A DNA stretch of 32,000 nucleotides from Promethearchaeota archaeon (GCA_016933055.1 JAFGBS010000001.1:240001-272000), one strand, 5' to 3'. Positions 1-10,582 are shown, counted from the first letter of the stretch. Notes: generated from the letters alone by a model not told the origin. Translations and numbers: made by a program.

Positions 1-306
1 ATTAACCATTATTGGGAGATTTTGACTCGAAATCTCAAATTTCTTTACGAGTGGGGATCACGGGAGATCATTATCCGTCATTTGGTGATGCCGGGTCATT
101 TTGAGTGTTGTACAAAACCGATCTTAAAGTGGATTTCGAAACAGATTCCAGGGACAGTAACTAACCTTATGTCACAATACCATCCAGAACATAGAGTAAC
201 TTCCCTTCATTATCCTGAAATCAATAGGAGAGTATCACACTCAGAAATGATTGAAGCCTTTTCTCTTGCGGAACGTCTGAATATACCTTATCGATTTGTT
301 TCATAA
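1..306 (+). CDS. 3' end of PflX-like radical SAM protein (PFL-activating-enzyme-like); begins upstream of the window
   Basis: Frame is open from base 1 (INHYWEILTRN...). The C-terminal motifs IIRHLVMPGHFECCTKPILKWI and NLMSQYHP are typical of the PflX family. Confidence 0.75.
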   Translation: MNHYWEILTRNLKFLYEWGSREIIIRHLVMPGHFECCTKPILKWISKQIPGTVTNLMSQYHPEHRVTSLHYPEINRRVSHSEMIEAFSLAERLNIPYRFVS

Positions 307-311
307 TAATA

Positions 312-776
312 TTATGTCTTTTTTTCCTCATTCATGAGATTCTGAATAATTTTGGGGAGAACTCTCTCAATCCATTTTTGTTCTTCTTGGGATAAATCCC
401 GATAATAGGCAGCAGTCATTTCCACGAGAATTTCCTTATAGACCGATAGAAATTTATTGAAAGAACTTTCTTTTTTTTGGATATGGATTTTTCTTCTATC
501 TGAAGTGCTAGGAACTCGTTCGACAAGATCTTTTTGAACCAAACTGTCAATCAATTCAGTAAATGAGGAATTTGGAATTTTTAATTCATCTATCAAATCT
601 TGTATGGATTTTTGTGCAAGTGTAGTATTGTCCATTTGTTGAAGGTAAAACAATACTCTTCCTTGGGTGGCATTGAAATCTTCTAAGTTATGTGCCTTAA
701 GTTTGGATTCCATAAGACGATCCGATAAATTATGAATTGTGGCAATCCAAAGTCCTATTTCGGAAATTTTTACCAT
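312..776 (-). CDS. MarR-family transcriptional regulator
   Basis: wHTH signature (FTELIDSLVQKDLVERVPSTSDRRKIHI). Likely start is the ATG at 776 (MVKISEIG). The longer ORF call to 1004 overlaps the opposite-strand gene. Confidence 0.85.
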   Translation of the reverse strand: MVKISEIGLWIATIHNLSDRLMESKLKAHNLEDFNATQGRVLFYLQQMDNTTLAQKSIQDLIDELKIPNSSFTELIDSLVQKDLVERVPSTSDRRKIHIQKKESSFNKFLSVYKEILVEMTAAYYRDLSQEEQKWIERVLPKIIQNLMNEEKKT

Positions 777-804
777 AAGAATTATATATGGGAATAGCCA
801 TAAA

Positions 805-837
805 TATTTCGCGATAGAATATTTCGGATACGAAATA
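805..837. promoter_or_regulatory. Candidate MarR operator(s) in the divergent intergenic region
   Basis: Perfect inverted repeat TATTTCG-GATA-CGAAATA at 820-837, plus an imperfect copy TATTTCG-CGAT-AGAATA at 805-821. Confidence 0.55.
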
Positions 838-856
838 AATTTGGATGAGATGACAC

Positions 857-1720
857 ATGGAAAAATTTTTAGTAACAGGAGCGACAGGGAGAGTAGGTTC
901 GGTGGTCTTCCAACAGCTGAAAAATCATGCACCAGAAGGAAGTGAGATAATTGCGGGAGATATAGATGAGTCCTTGGTGAAGAAAATGCATGGAAATGAT
1001 GCACTTTTTCGTGAACTAAATTATGAAAAACCTCAAACTATAAAATCCGCTATCAAAGGTATAACTAAAGTATTTCTTATGCGGCCTCCCCAAATTGAAA
1101 AAATCAAGAAGTATATGGCTCCATTCATTATAGAAATGAAAGATGCAGGCGTTAAGCATGTCGTTTTTCTCTCTATAATTGATGCTAATCCGATGGTGCC
1201 ACATTTCCATGTTGAAAAATTCATCAAGAGGTATAACATTCCTTATACAATGCTTCGTTGCAGTTTTTTCATGCAAAACCTAGATATGGTGCATGGAGAC
1301 ATTATAAAGAAAGAGTTAGACATTTGTATTCCGGCAGGAACTGGAAAAACCTCATTCATTGATGCTCGGGATATCGGTGAAGCTGTAGCAATTTGTCTTA
1401 CAAATTCAGAAAAATATATTGGAGCAACGATTCCACTAACAGGGTCAGAATCTTTAGATTATAATGAAGTCTCCGAGAAAATGACTGAGATTCTTGGTTT
1501 ACCGATAAAATATTCTAATCCCGATCCTAAAGATTTTGTGGAAAAAATGACGAATGAATACGGATTTCCCAAAGATTATGTTCAAGTAATGAAAATGATA
1601 TGTTGGGTTGTTCGATCCGGTAAAGCTGGTAAAATCTATCCCGATCTTGAGAAAATATTAGGTAGAAAACCGAGATTAATGGACGACTATATAAAAGATT
1701 ATCAAAATTCATGGAGATAA
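857..1720 (+). CDS. NmrA-like / atypical SDR NAD(P)H-binding protein
   Basis: N-terminal Rossmann motif LVTGATGRVGS, plus GVKHVVFLS, LRCSFFMQNL and SFIDARDIG. Confidence 0.9.
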   Translation: MEKFLVTGATGRVGSVVFQQLKNHAPEGSEIIAGDIDESLVKKMHGNDALFRELNYEKPQTIKSAIKGITKVFLMRPPQIEKIKKYMAPFIIEMKDAGVKHVVFLSIIDANPMVPHFHVEKFIKRYNIPYTMLRCSFFMQNLDMVHGDIIKKELDICIPAGTGKTSFIDARDIGEAVAICLTNSEKYIGATIPLTGSESLDYNEVSEKMTEILGLPIKYSNPDPKDFVEKMTNEYGFPKDYVQVMKMICWVVRSGKAGKIYPDLEKILGRKPRLMDDYIKDYQNSWR

Positions 1721-1747
1721 AAAAAGGGTTTTATCCTGAATTAGCCG

Positions 1748-2623
1748 TCATTGATTTTTTTTTCCTGGAACAACCACTCCCAAGTACATAGTGAGATATC
1801 CGATAAAGAATAGAATATCTAAACCATATACAAATATAGCATCGTATTGGGAGGGGATAGATATAGCTTCAATGAACAAGAAATCAAATAACCGACCAAA
1901 GAATACTAATCCTAAAATTAATCCGGTTATCCCAAGCAAGAACAGTCCTGCACGTAATCTTTTTTCTTCAACTTTTGCACGTAAACGAAAAGCGTTGCGC
2001 ATAAGTAAAAAATGCAAGAATACATTAAGAAAAATATATACACCGCCAAATATATTTATAAATACTAACGGAACTCCTTCATACGGATTTGTAGGACCTC
2101 TCAAGGTTAATAGTAAGCCAATTACATTTGCAATTGTTGAGAACACCTGTGTTACAAAGAAAAGAAGTTGTCCTAGTTTTTGATCCATACTCTCGTAAAA
2201 AGTTTCAGCTATGAATGTAGCGAGGAACACTGTGCTACCTGGGACGAGAAAGAGGATAGCAAGTGATAGAAAATATTGCAGGTTTAGATCATTTGGAACG
2301 AAGATCGTCGTAATTGCGATAATTAATGAAGGAATACCGCTAAAGAAGAAAAATCCTGCTAAATAGAAATTTTGAAGACTTTTTCTTTGCTTCCAAAGAG
2401 ATAGGCTTCTAATCATCAAAGAAATACAAAATATTCCCGTAATCAGATTTGTAATCACGAGAATCCAATCTTCAATAACAATAATTGAGCTAAAATCCGT
2501 GATTCCTTTTACAATAATGATTACAATGAATACAGTAATATACATCATTACTTGCATTATCCAAAAGGAACGAACAAATCGGGTTTTACGCTTCATTTCA
2601 TCTGTTTGACTATTCATCCTCAT
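1748..2623 (-). CDS. Polytopic membrane protein (about 8 TM helices), function unknown
   Basis: 291-aa ORF with about 8 hydrophobic segments and short charged loops. Confidence 0.75.
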   Translation of the reverse strand: MRMNSQTDEMKRKTRFVRSFWIMQVMMYITVFIVIIIVKGITDFSSIIVIEDWILVITNLITGIFCISLMIRSLSLWKQRKSLQNFYLAGFFFFSGIPSLIIAITTIFVPNDLNLQYFLSLAILFLVPGSTVFLATFIAETFYESMDQKLGQLLFFVTQVFSTIANVIGLLLTLRGPTNPYEGVPLVFINIFGGVYIFLNVFLHFLLMRNAFRLRAKVEEKRLRAGLFLLGITGLILGLVFFGRLFDFLFIEAISIPSQYDAIFVYGLDILFFIGYLTMYLGVVVPGKKNQ

Positions 2624-2879
2624 TTACCTTAGCATTTTTTATATTACATCTATTTATTCTATTCACTGGTTAAAATATTAGTATATCTAGGGGGATGGTA
2701 TATTAACGGCCGAACTCTTTTTGGAAAGCATTTCAAGAAATTCGAGGGAAATTCTAGTTCTATTGAATACAAATTATAAATACAATATCAGCATAATATG
2801 TAATAACGCTCTCATTTAGAATTTACTTTCCCCGATATATACCGCACACCGACAAAAACACTAGAGAAGAAGGGTTAAG

Positions 2880-3200
2880 ATGGGCATCGAAGAAGTCAAA
2901 ATGTTTAGAAAATTCAAAAAGGAAGAAGAGTCAGATTCCGATCAGAAAAACAAAGAAATGACAGATGAAGAAATCCTAAAAAAAATTTATGCTAAAATTG
3001 AAGAAAGACGAGTTATCTCGCGTGAAGAGTTCAGAATATATGAGGATCACGAAAAATATGAGACTTATACCAAAGATTGGTATCCATTTTCATGTCCCAA
3101 ATGTGGGGATAGTTATGATGTTATTATACGCGGTAACACTGCAAATGAAAAAATAGTTCAAATCATTTATGTGGAAGATGGAAACATCGAAAAAGACTAA
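2880..3200 (+). CDS. Small hypothetical protein with a CPKC motif
   Basis: 106-aa charged ORF with plausible codon usage. It has a single CxxC (YPFSCPKCG). Confidence 0.55.
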   Translation: MGIEEVKMFRKFKKEEESDSDQKNKEMTDEEILKKIYAKIEERRVISREEFRIYEDHEKYETYTKDWYPFSCPKCGDSYDVIIRGNTANEKIVQIIYVEDGNIEKD

Positions 3201-3315
3201 TCAAGAAATTTAATGGATTTATTTTATCTATCCATGAATCCGCTAAGAGAAGGATTAAGGATTTTTAAAAAGTATTTTTTTATACGATAAATCAAGAAAT
3301 ATTAGAGGAAAAATA

Positions 3316-3579
3316 ATGCAAGAGGAACAAAATACTTGTCCACAATGTGGAGAGAGATTGAATAAAGGAGAGATTAGTCGAATTAATAGTGGCATTGATA
3401 TTGCCTGCCACACATGCGGAACAGAAATAACTGGTAAAGAGAGATCCGAGTTATCCTCACAATCTACAGACGATAAAAAAGATCTGGATGATCTTGGGGA
3501 AAAAATCAAAAAAGGTATTAAAACATTTGTACAAAGAGCAAAGGAATGGGCTGAAGAAAACTTTGTAGAAGAAAAATAA
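3316..3579 (+). CDS. Small Zn-ribbon protein
   Basis: CPQC...CHTC followed by an acidic/helical tail, with a purine-rich stretch upstream of the ATG. Confidence 0.7.
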   Translation: MQEEQNTCPQCGERLNKGEISRINSGIDIACHTCGTEITGKERSELSSQSTDDKKDLDDLGEKIKKGIKTFVQRAKEWAEENFVEEK

Positions 3580-3714
3580 CCTACAAATGCATATTCGGAC
3601 GATTAATAAGTATGTGAGTTAATTATTAAGGAACATTTCCTTTTTATCACCATGTAACACTATTCTGCTTGGAACTGTATGTATTTTATAATTATCTAGT
3701 TCAGATTATCGGAA

Positions 3715-4179
3715 TTAGTTCGTAAATTCTTTAGTATATACATTTACACCTAGTTCGTCAACTGATTCCAATTTGTAGCCTTGGCTAGTAAGAAAATCAG
3801 TTGCAAGGTTAGTATCAATAAAAGAATAGGCATTTAGTCGAATTTTTCCTTTTTTTCGACAGTGACTCTCGATATGATTTAGGATTTCTTTACCGATACC
3901 TCGTCTTCTTTTGCTGGGCAAGACGAAAGGTCCAATAAAGTGTGCTTCTTCTCCCTCACAACGCAATTTTCCATATCCTAATAATTCATCTTCTTCAAGA
4001 TAACCGAAATACTGGAATTTATTAATTCTCAATTCCTCCTCTATTTCTTCTTGACGGTCTTCGAGATCCTCTCTATCCTCATTCAGTGGATTATTTTGAT
4101 AAAATTGTTTGAGTGCATTCATATCCTCTAAATCTAACTTCCGCAATTCCATCTTCTCGTCCTTTAGTAAATTCTTCAA
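3715..4179 (-). CDS. GNAT-family N-acetyltransferase
   Basis: Acetyl-CoA motif A (FVLPSKRRRGIGKEIL) and motif B (ATDFLTSQGY). Confidence 0.85.
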   Translation of the reverse strand: MKNLLKDEKMELRKLDLEDMNALKQFYQNNPLNEDREDLEDRQEEIEEELRINKFQYFGYLEEDELLGYGKLRCEGEEAHFIGPFVLPSKRRRGIGKEILNHIESHCRKKGKIRLNAYSFIDTNLATDFLTSQGYKLESVDELGVNVYTKEFTN

Positions 4180-4292
4180 TTGAAATTATAACTACTTACT
4201 TTAGGAACGTTTGTAATATATTTTTTTAGTTTAATTTAGTTTTAGTAACCTTAGGAAAATGAATGAAAAAGAAAAAATAAAGATGAAAACGG

Positions 4293-5624
4293 TTAATTCT
4301 GTGGTATTTGATTTTTATATACAACTTTGTCGAATCTATCAATACGATCGGCTAAATATCGAATTTCCTCATGATTCATATTTGCTAAACTTGGAAGATA
4401 GACGATTCCGGAATTGAATTTTGAGTATTTTTCATCCCCCGGATAGGAAAAATTAAACATTTTATAAGTGGGATTATGGATTATACATATATCACTTCGG
4501 TTCATAAATCTCAAAAATTTATTGACGTATTTTTCATCTATGTAAATAGTATTATAGGGGGTAAGTGCAGCCTCCCTATACCATGGGAAATGCCGTTGAA
4601 TGAGATCATTTGATAAATAACTTCTAAACAGCATGTGTTTTTTTTCGTATAAATTCTCCATATTCCTATGATCATGGTAATGTTGTGACATTGATTTCAT
4701 CAAACCTTTTGATGGTTTCAATGTGAAATTATTTCGTTCAAAACCTGGATTTTTTTTACGATATGTATTAGTAAAATCGAGAAGGTTTAATTTTAACATC
4801 TTTATTATTCGTAAGAATAGAAATGTTATACCGCGTTGATTGTATAACAGATAGGTTGGAATTTTTTTCAATAAATCAATGAATCGCTTCCTAATAGGCT
4901 CAAGGGGATAATGCATTATCATTTCTAGTAAATTTTTGGCAATTTCTTCATGCTCCTTGCGAATGTACAAAAATGCACCCCCGAGTGCTATGGGACGTTT
5001 ATCCATAGCCATTGAGTAAAGTGCTAAGTCAGTCAAATCACTACTGAACTTTATATCGAGTGTTCCGCCTTGCACTCGATCCTCTATAATAATTGCTCCA
5101 GTCCTTTCCTTGAATTTAGCTAACCCTGTTAAGTCAAAATCTTGACCAAACATATGGGTTATGATTACTAAATCACATTTCTGGATATCAGGAAATTTTT
5201 CAAGACCATTAAATGAGTCGTTTAGGTCTATAATATGGATATTTTCGTGCTTCACAAATTTTTCAATTCCATCTCTCCAAGATGTATGATGCAATGGAGT
5301 TGTTGCAATTACTAGATCATCTTTTATTTTTGTAAAATATTTTAAACAGGTCTCCAACATTCCTCGATTTGCATAACCAATGATTTTTATGTAATCTTTA
5401 TGGGATTCCCAAAGATTATGTTCTTCCTTCGCTGTAATCAGATTTGTAAAATGCTGAATAAATTCAGTTGAACTCAAATATAGATAATCTGGTGCTGCGA
5501 GAATCTCACGAACTTTGATTTGATTTTCTAATTTCTGATATTTTTTAATTTCTTTAGAGGAGATACGTTTCTGAAGTTGAATTGCTTCAGATTTTACCTC
5601 TGTTTGTCGTTCCATGGTTTTCAC
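4293..5624 (-). CDS. DegT/DnrJ/EryC1/StrS-like PLP-dependent aminotransferase (divergent)
   Basis: THMFGQ, IIEDRVQG (the EDxAQ-type PLP Asp) and YSMAMDKRPIALGGA (putative Schiff-base Lys). The C-terminal YLPS resembles the family end motif. Confidence 0.65.
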   Translation of the reverse strand: MKTMERQTEVKSEAIQLQKRISSKEIKKYQKLENQIKVREILAAPDYLYLSSTEFIQHFTNLITAKEEHNLWESHKDYIKIIGYANRGMLETCLKYFTKIKDDLVIATTPLHHTSWRDGIEKFVKHENIHIIDLNDSFNGLEKFPDIQKCDLVIITHMFGQDFDLTGLAKFKERTGAIIIEDRVQGGTLDIKFSSDLTDLALYSMAMDKRPIALGGAFLYIRKEHEEIAKNLLEMIMHYPLEPIRKRFIDLLKKIPTYLLYNQRGITFLFLRIIKMLKLNLLDFTNTYRKKNPGFERNNFTLKPSKGLMKSMSQHYHDHRNMENLYEKKHMLFRSYLSNDLIQRHFPWYREAALTPYNTIYIDEKYVNKFLRFMNRSDICIIHNPTYKMFNFSYPGDEKYSKFNSGIVYLPSLANMNHEEIRYLADRIDRFDKVVYKNQIPQN

Positions 5625-5740
5625 TTAAGTTCTTGATTTTATTTAGCCTTTCTTCTAGTTAAATAGAAACTAATATGAGACAATTAAAACCATTCGAAAT
5701 ACAATAAAGTGAACAAAATGAGAAAAAACAAAAAAAGAAA

Positions 5741-7111
5741 TTATTTTTGAATACTTGAGATTCTGAAGGAAGGTAGTTTAATAGTTGGAACTTTAAAGGT
5801 AGAAGCATTGATTTTGGGATATGTTCCTAGTAAATCGATCCTGCCTAAAAAGCGAGGTGCTGCATCTGTGAATCGTAGTGTGCGAACTGGATATTTCACC
5901 TCTCCTTTTTCAATTTTCCACGTACCGTCTCTCGTTAATGCTGTAAAAATCCCCTCGGTCGGATTAACAGCATTTTGATAATGGAAATGAGTAATAAGAA
6001 GACCATCTTTTGTTTCGGAGATCATTTCGTTCAAATTGGAGTCTCCTTCCCCCACAAACATATTATTCGGAAATGGAAGTGAATGACCTTCTTCTTTATT
6101 GTGATGACCCGTACTTAACTTATTATCTCTTCCTGCAGTATAGCTATCATAGGCTAAATTTTTAATTATACCATTTTCTACTAAATCAATCTTCGATTTG
6201 GGAAAACCTTCATCATCAAAAAAAGTGCGGAATGTTGTACGTTCATCCAATGCGTCATCCCATAGATTAAATTTTTCCGAAAATAGTTTGGTGCCGATTT
6301 TATCCCGTAAGAACGAGATATATTCTTGGTACATTAAGGCACTAAAGCCAAAATAGGCAATATATACCAGCAATCCACTAAGTGCAGCCGGTTCCAAGAC
6401 AACTTCATAATCTCGAGGTTCTATCGCTTTCATCCCAAATCCTTCTGCTGCTTTTCTTGCAGCAATCTCCGCAACCTCTTTGAAATGTAATTTACCAAAA
6501 TCGGTATTATTATCCGCATACCATCCAGCAGTTTGTTCTTTTCCGTCTTCTGCTAGTATAGTTAAATTAACATTCGCATAGGTTCTTGCATCATAAGCTT
6601 CTACTCCCAATGAATTTAGTATAACTCGCTCCCCTATCCCATGAGAAATAGCCCCTGCAACTGCTTTTATGCGATCATCTACAGAATGTGCAGTATCAAT
6701 TACCATTTTTGCATGTTCAGCTCGTTGTTCTGGGGTTGTATTCATCGTATTTTTCGAAACCAAGTCTTCAATCGGTATGGAGTTATAAGGTAATGCTCCT
6801 GGTAAAGATTGAAAATCTTTGTCGTCTGGGGACATCTTTGCAATCTTAATAGCATTTTCTACCGCTTTTCTTATAGAATCATTATCTATTACTTCTACAT
6901 AAGTACTACCCTTCTTTTTCCCAACATAAATAATCGTTTGGATGGTAGCATGATGTTCTGCAACGTTTTGATCAATAATGCTATTAGCTAATCGTGTGAG
7001 AGCTGAATTTTGTATCCCTACAGTTACCTCGGTTTGGGTAGCTCCTAATTTTTCCGCCGTTTTCAAGACAAAACGACCTTTTTCTAATAACATTTCTTTG
7101 TCGAAATTCAT
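5741..7111 (-). CDS. pmbA: PmbA/TldE-family protein (non-catalytic partner of TldD)
   Basis: LTRLANSIIDQN, VVLEPAALSGL, FDDEGFP and LVENGIIKN. It lacks HExxxH and shares a TAATG overlap with tldD. Confidence 0.85.
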   Translation of the reverse strand: MNFDKEMLLEKGRFVLKTAEKLGATQTEVTVGIQNSALTRLANSIIDQNVAEHHATIQTIIYVGKKKGSTYVEVIDNDSIRKAVENAIKIAKMSPDDKDFQSLPGALPYNSIPIEDLVSKNTMNTTPEQRAEHAKMVIDTAHSVDDRIKAVAGAISHGIGERVILNSLGVEAYDARTYANVNLTILAEDGKEQTAGWYADNNTDFGKLHFKEVAEIAARKAAEGFGMKAIEPRDYEVVLEPAALSGLLVYIAYFGFSALMYQEYISFLRDKIGTKLFSEKFNLWDDALDERTTFRTFFDDEGFPKSKIDLVENGIIKNLAYDSYTAGRDNKLSTGHHNKEEGHSLPFPNNMFVGEGDSNLNEMISETKDGLLITHFHYQNAVNPTEGIFTALTRDGTWKIEKGEVKYPVRTLRFTDAAPRFLGRIDLLGTYPKINASTFKVPTIKLPSFRISSIQK

Positions 7112-8571
7112 TATTTTCCCTCCTCCTTAGTTATTCCTACATCTACATTTTGAAATCTTGCCATTCCTACACCATGTGCAACGTACATAACTTGTCCAGG
7201 TTGTCCCTTTCCGCAATTGGGAGTCCCCCAGATTCTCCAATCATCTTTTGTATGAGCGTCCATTGCATTCCAGAATTCAGGTGTTATTCCTGCATAGGTA
7301 GGGTTTTTGAAAATCTGACCTATTTCTCCGTTTACTATCTCCCATGCTATCTCAGTTCCGAATTGAAAATTCAAACGTTTATCATCTATGCTCCAACTTT
7401 TATTTGTTGATAAGAGAATACCATATTTCGTATCTGCAATTAACTCATCCCGGTTCCAATCTCCGGGTTCAAGATTTATATTTACCATTCGGATTAATGG
7501 TAGGTGTTGTGCATTATCCGCTCGCATACCAGCAGAACTTCGTTCAAGCCCAAGAATAGCAGCTGTTTCTCGGGAACTTTGATATCCAACAAAAAGCCCC
7601 TCTTTAATGAGTTCTGTTCTTCTTGCAGACACGCCCTCATCATCATAACCGAATGTACCCAACCCCCCATGTAAAGTTGAATCAGCGGTTATATTTACCA
7701 AATCGCTACCATATTTCAATTTGCCAACCAAATCAGGGGTCATAAAAGAAGTTCCCGCATATGCAGCTTCCGTTCCTAATACTCGATCTAATTCCGTAGG
7801 ATGCCCACAACTTTCGTGAACTTGGAGCATTAATTGATTTCCATCCAGTAATAACGTCATTTTTCCGGATGGACATTGTTTGGCATCTAGAAGCTGGACA
7901 GCTTCATCTACAGATTTCTCTGAGAGATCTATTAAATTCAGTTTTTCAAAATATTCAAATCCTTGAGTGGAGTAGTCTCCTCGGAAGGATGCAGGAAGGG
8001 ATCTGGTTTGGGGCTGTTTTCCTCCCTCGGCAACTGTAACTGATATCCCCCCTCCGCAAAATGTGATTTGTTGGTTAATAAAAGCCCCCTCATTACTTGC
8101 GAATATTTTATCTTCTCGAAATGCTCTGTAATCTGATTGTGTCATCTTCACTTTATCGGATGCTTCTCGCATTCGTTTATCTGCTTCCATCAGAATAGAG
8201 ATTTTATCTTCAGTAGGGATGGAAAATGGATCTTTTTTAAAAGGAGTTATGTAGGTATCTTCCACTGCAGGTTCATCCACAAATCGAATAGGTTTTTTTC
8301 GAGTTTTTCCTGAAGCTTTTGCAATTCGTACGGATAATTTTGCTACTCGTTCAATTTCTGGGGTATTTAACAAATAGGAACCAGCAAAACCTAATCCGCC
8401 ATTAGCTATGGTTCGGATTCCAAACCCTGTTCTTGTAGTAAGGTTTAAAACATCGATATTCCCGCGTTTGATGGTGATATCTTCATCCATGATGGTTACA
8501 ATGCGTATATCCGCATAGCTTGCACCTTCACCGACACACACATCAATCGCTTTTTGTGTGAGATCTTTCAT
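7111..8571 (-). CDS. tldD: TldD-family metalloprotease
   Basis: HESCGHPTELDR zinc motif, FGYDDEGV, PLIRMVN, FQFGTE and the C-terminal CGKGQPGQ. Confidence 0.92.
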   Translation of the reverse strand: MKDLTQKAIDVCVGEGASYADIRIVTIMDEDITIKRGNIDVLNLTTRTGFGIRTIANGGLGFAGSYLLNTPEIERVAKLSVRIAKASGKTRKKPIRFVDEPAVEDTYITPFKKDPFSIPTEDKISILMEADKRMREASDKVKMTQSDYRAFREDKIFASNEGAFINQQITFCGGGISVTVAEGGKQPQTRSLPASFRGDYSTQGFEYFEKLNLIDLSEKSVDEAVQLLDAKQCPSGKMTLLLDGNQLMLQVHESCGHPTELDRVLGTEAAYAGTSFMTPDLVGKLKYGSDLVNITADSTLHGGLGTFGYDDEGVSARRTELIKEGLFVGYQSSRETAAILGLERSSAGMRADNAQHLPLIRMVNINLEPGDWNRDELIADTKYGILLSTNKSWSIDDKRLNFQFGTEIAWEIVNGEIGQIFKNPTYAGITPEFWNAMDAHTKDDWRIWGTPNCGKGQPGQVMYVAHGVGMARFQNVDVGITKEEGK

Positions 8572-8618
8572 ATTCTAAATGCAGTTTGTATCTTTATTTA
8601 CTTTTTGCTATAGAGAAT

Positions 8619-9743
8619 TTAGTTAATGGAAGAGAGACTTCCTACATGTCGATTTTTTCCATAATACATTAATTCGTACAGAACCGAGGATTTAAATTCT
8701 CTAATTCTATTGTCAATTTCTAAATTTAAAGTGGAATCCCCCAAAAATCGATGATAATAAGGTCTTTTGCCGACTTGTTTGAAGAAAAGATGCAAACTTG
8801 GCATTAATTGCAAAGACTGTAATACAATGTCTCGTTTCCTCTCCAATTTTAATTGAAATTTGATTTCTTCATCGTTATAAGAAAACACGAGAGTGTTATT
8901 GATAAATTTCTTGGTTTTTGAATGAATGATTGGTTCAGACCTTCGGATGGAAACTTTGGTATAATCATCTGCAATAACTCTATTTTTGTCAAACAATACA
9001 ATGAAAGGAGCATGATTTGTGTTGTATTCTATTCGGGGAACTAAATCACAAGCCAGTAGGATATAATCTCCTATGTGGGAACGACTCCAATACCAATGAT
9101 TAAACAAACTGCAGGGATCTTCATTTCCCCAATTATGATCATGATACCCTCGCCCGATCACTTGTTTAGGTACTCCATTCACCGTGATCTCACCCGATAC
9201 TGACCCGTAGGGTACTGAGGGAAACCATGCAAAATATTTTTCCGCGTTATTTTTTTGGAAATACAAATGTCCTGTTCCGGGTCGCCAAGAGATGGATTTA
9301 TTGACTAATTTCAAGCGTGCTTTAATGGATTTTGTATTTACATAGATTTCATACTCATTCAGATCACCCCGAAAATAATTCTGGTTTATCACTATATTGC
9401 ATCGGTCTGAAGAGGAAGCATAATTCTCCTTGGCTTTTCTTTCGAAGTAAAAATCTCGAATTCTTTTACCATTTGGATACCTATATTCGACTGCAATAAT
9501 GGGAAAAATGCGAAAATGAGTATCAAAAAACGGTTTTGGACCGAAAATAATGACGATAACTGACCCATCATCCAATTCTGCGTCAAAATACCACCACTCA
9601 AAATGCTTCCTATCAAGAGGTGTCCGTTGTCCGTCTTCCCATTTCTCAGGAATTCTTTGCATCCCTGCTTTGTCAAAATCCTCGTCGGTAGTTCCTAAAT
9701 AGACTCTATTCGAATTATCCATATGAACATCATTTTTACACAA
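8619..9743 (-). CDS. CrtC/AttH-like (carotenoid hydratase / tocopherol-cyclase-fold) protein
   Basis: EWWYFDAELDDG near the N-terminus and GYHDHNWG. The start may be the ATG at 9722. Confidence 0.65.
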   Translation of the reverse strand: MCKNDVHMDNSNRVYLGTTDEDFDKAGMQRIPEKWEDGQRTPLDRKHFEWWYFDAELDDGSVIVIIFGPKPFFDTHFRIFPIIAVEYRYPNGKRIRDFYFERKAKENYASSSDRCNIVINQNYFRGDLNEYEIYVNTKSIKARLKLVNKSISWRPGTGHLYFQKNNAEKYFAWFPSVPYGSVSGEITVNGVPKQVIGRGYHDHNWGNEDPCSLFNHWYWSRSHIGDYILLACDLVPRIEYNTNHAPFIVLFDKNRVIADDYTKVSIRRSEPIIHSKTKKFINNTLVFSYNDEEIKFQLKLERKRDIVLQSLQLMPSLHLFFKQVGKRPYYHRFLGDSTLNLEIDNRIREFKSSVLYELMYYGKNRHVGSLSSIN

Positions 9744-9846
9744 TTATATTACTCTTTTCACCACGGTTTTGGGAGAGTAAAAATTAGGTTTTTCTTCTTT
9801 GAGATCTCTCTAATACCTTGCAAGGTGAGATAAGTAACATAGATAA

Positions 9847-10188
9847 TTACAAAATTTTCGTTTTCTGGTTTTTTGGAGAGGGTGTTTTTATTACTAAAAT
9901 CTTAAACGGAGTAGAACTTTCATTGTATAATCGGTGTACTTTATTTTTAGGACTAAATACTAAATCATCCTTATTCATTTTCTGCATTTCTTCTCCAATT
10001 TCTACCATGCCTTCTCCCTCCAATCCATAGAAGATAGCATCTACCGGCGTAACGTGTTTTTTGAGGGTTTCTCCTGGATTAAGAGTAATGTGAACTATTG
10101 TGGCATGTTCAAAAGAATATATAGTACGAGCTGCTACATTATGCGGATTATCTTTTACTTGTACTTCGTTTGCATTTATTTTTTTCAT
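9847..10188 (-). CDS. Cupin-domain protein
   Basis: Cupin motifs GETLKKHVTP...GLEGEG and VFSPKNKVHRLYN. Confidence 0.88.
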   Translation of the reverse strand: MKKINANEVQVKDNPHNVAARTIYSFEHATIVHITLNPGETLKKHVTPVDAIFYGLEGEGMVEIGEEMQKMNKDDLVFSPKNKVHRLYNESSTPFKILVIKTPSPKNQKTKIL

Positions 10189-10508
10189 ATATCTATTAAT
10201 ACATTTTGTCTTATGGATTCATGGACGAACATGTGAGCTCAAAAAAATTCAAGAACAGTTTAAAGAATTTTATTTTAAACTTCAATGTATTATATTAACG
10301 GGATGAAACGATTAGAATCCTTTTTATCTTTTTCTAATCATGCTTTCAAGCCCTATCATTATACTATATTCCACAGAATTATAGATCTAAATACATAGAA
10401 ACACATAATCACTAATTAAAGCTATCTTATTTGTTCCCAAATTTCGACATAATCATATAATTAAAAAAAATGGGGAAAAGTATACCAGAATGAAGAAATG
10501 GGGATAAG

Positions 10509-10566
10509 TACACTTCAATCCTTATATATTCACGAACAACACTTAAAACTTGGAATAGTTTTCCAA
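10509..10566 (+). promoter_or_regulatory. Candidate promoter of surface-protein cassette 1
   Basis: TACACTTCAA (10509-10518), then TTATATAT (TATA-like), then the inverted repeat TTGGAA-N5-TTCCAA (10550-10566). Confidence 0.4.
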
Positions 10567-10582
10567 CAAAAAGTGATTAAAG

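Noticed and set aside
777-1004. N-terminal extension of the MarR ORF
   Set aside because: It is the antisense of the NmrA gene and intergenic DNA. The MarR domain starts at 776.
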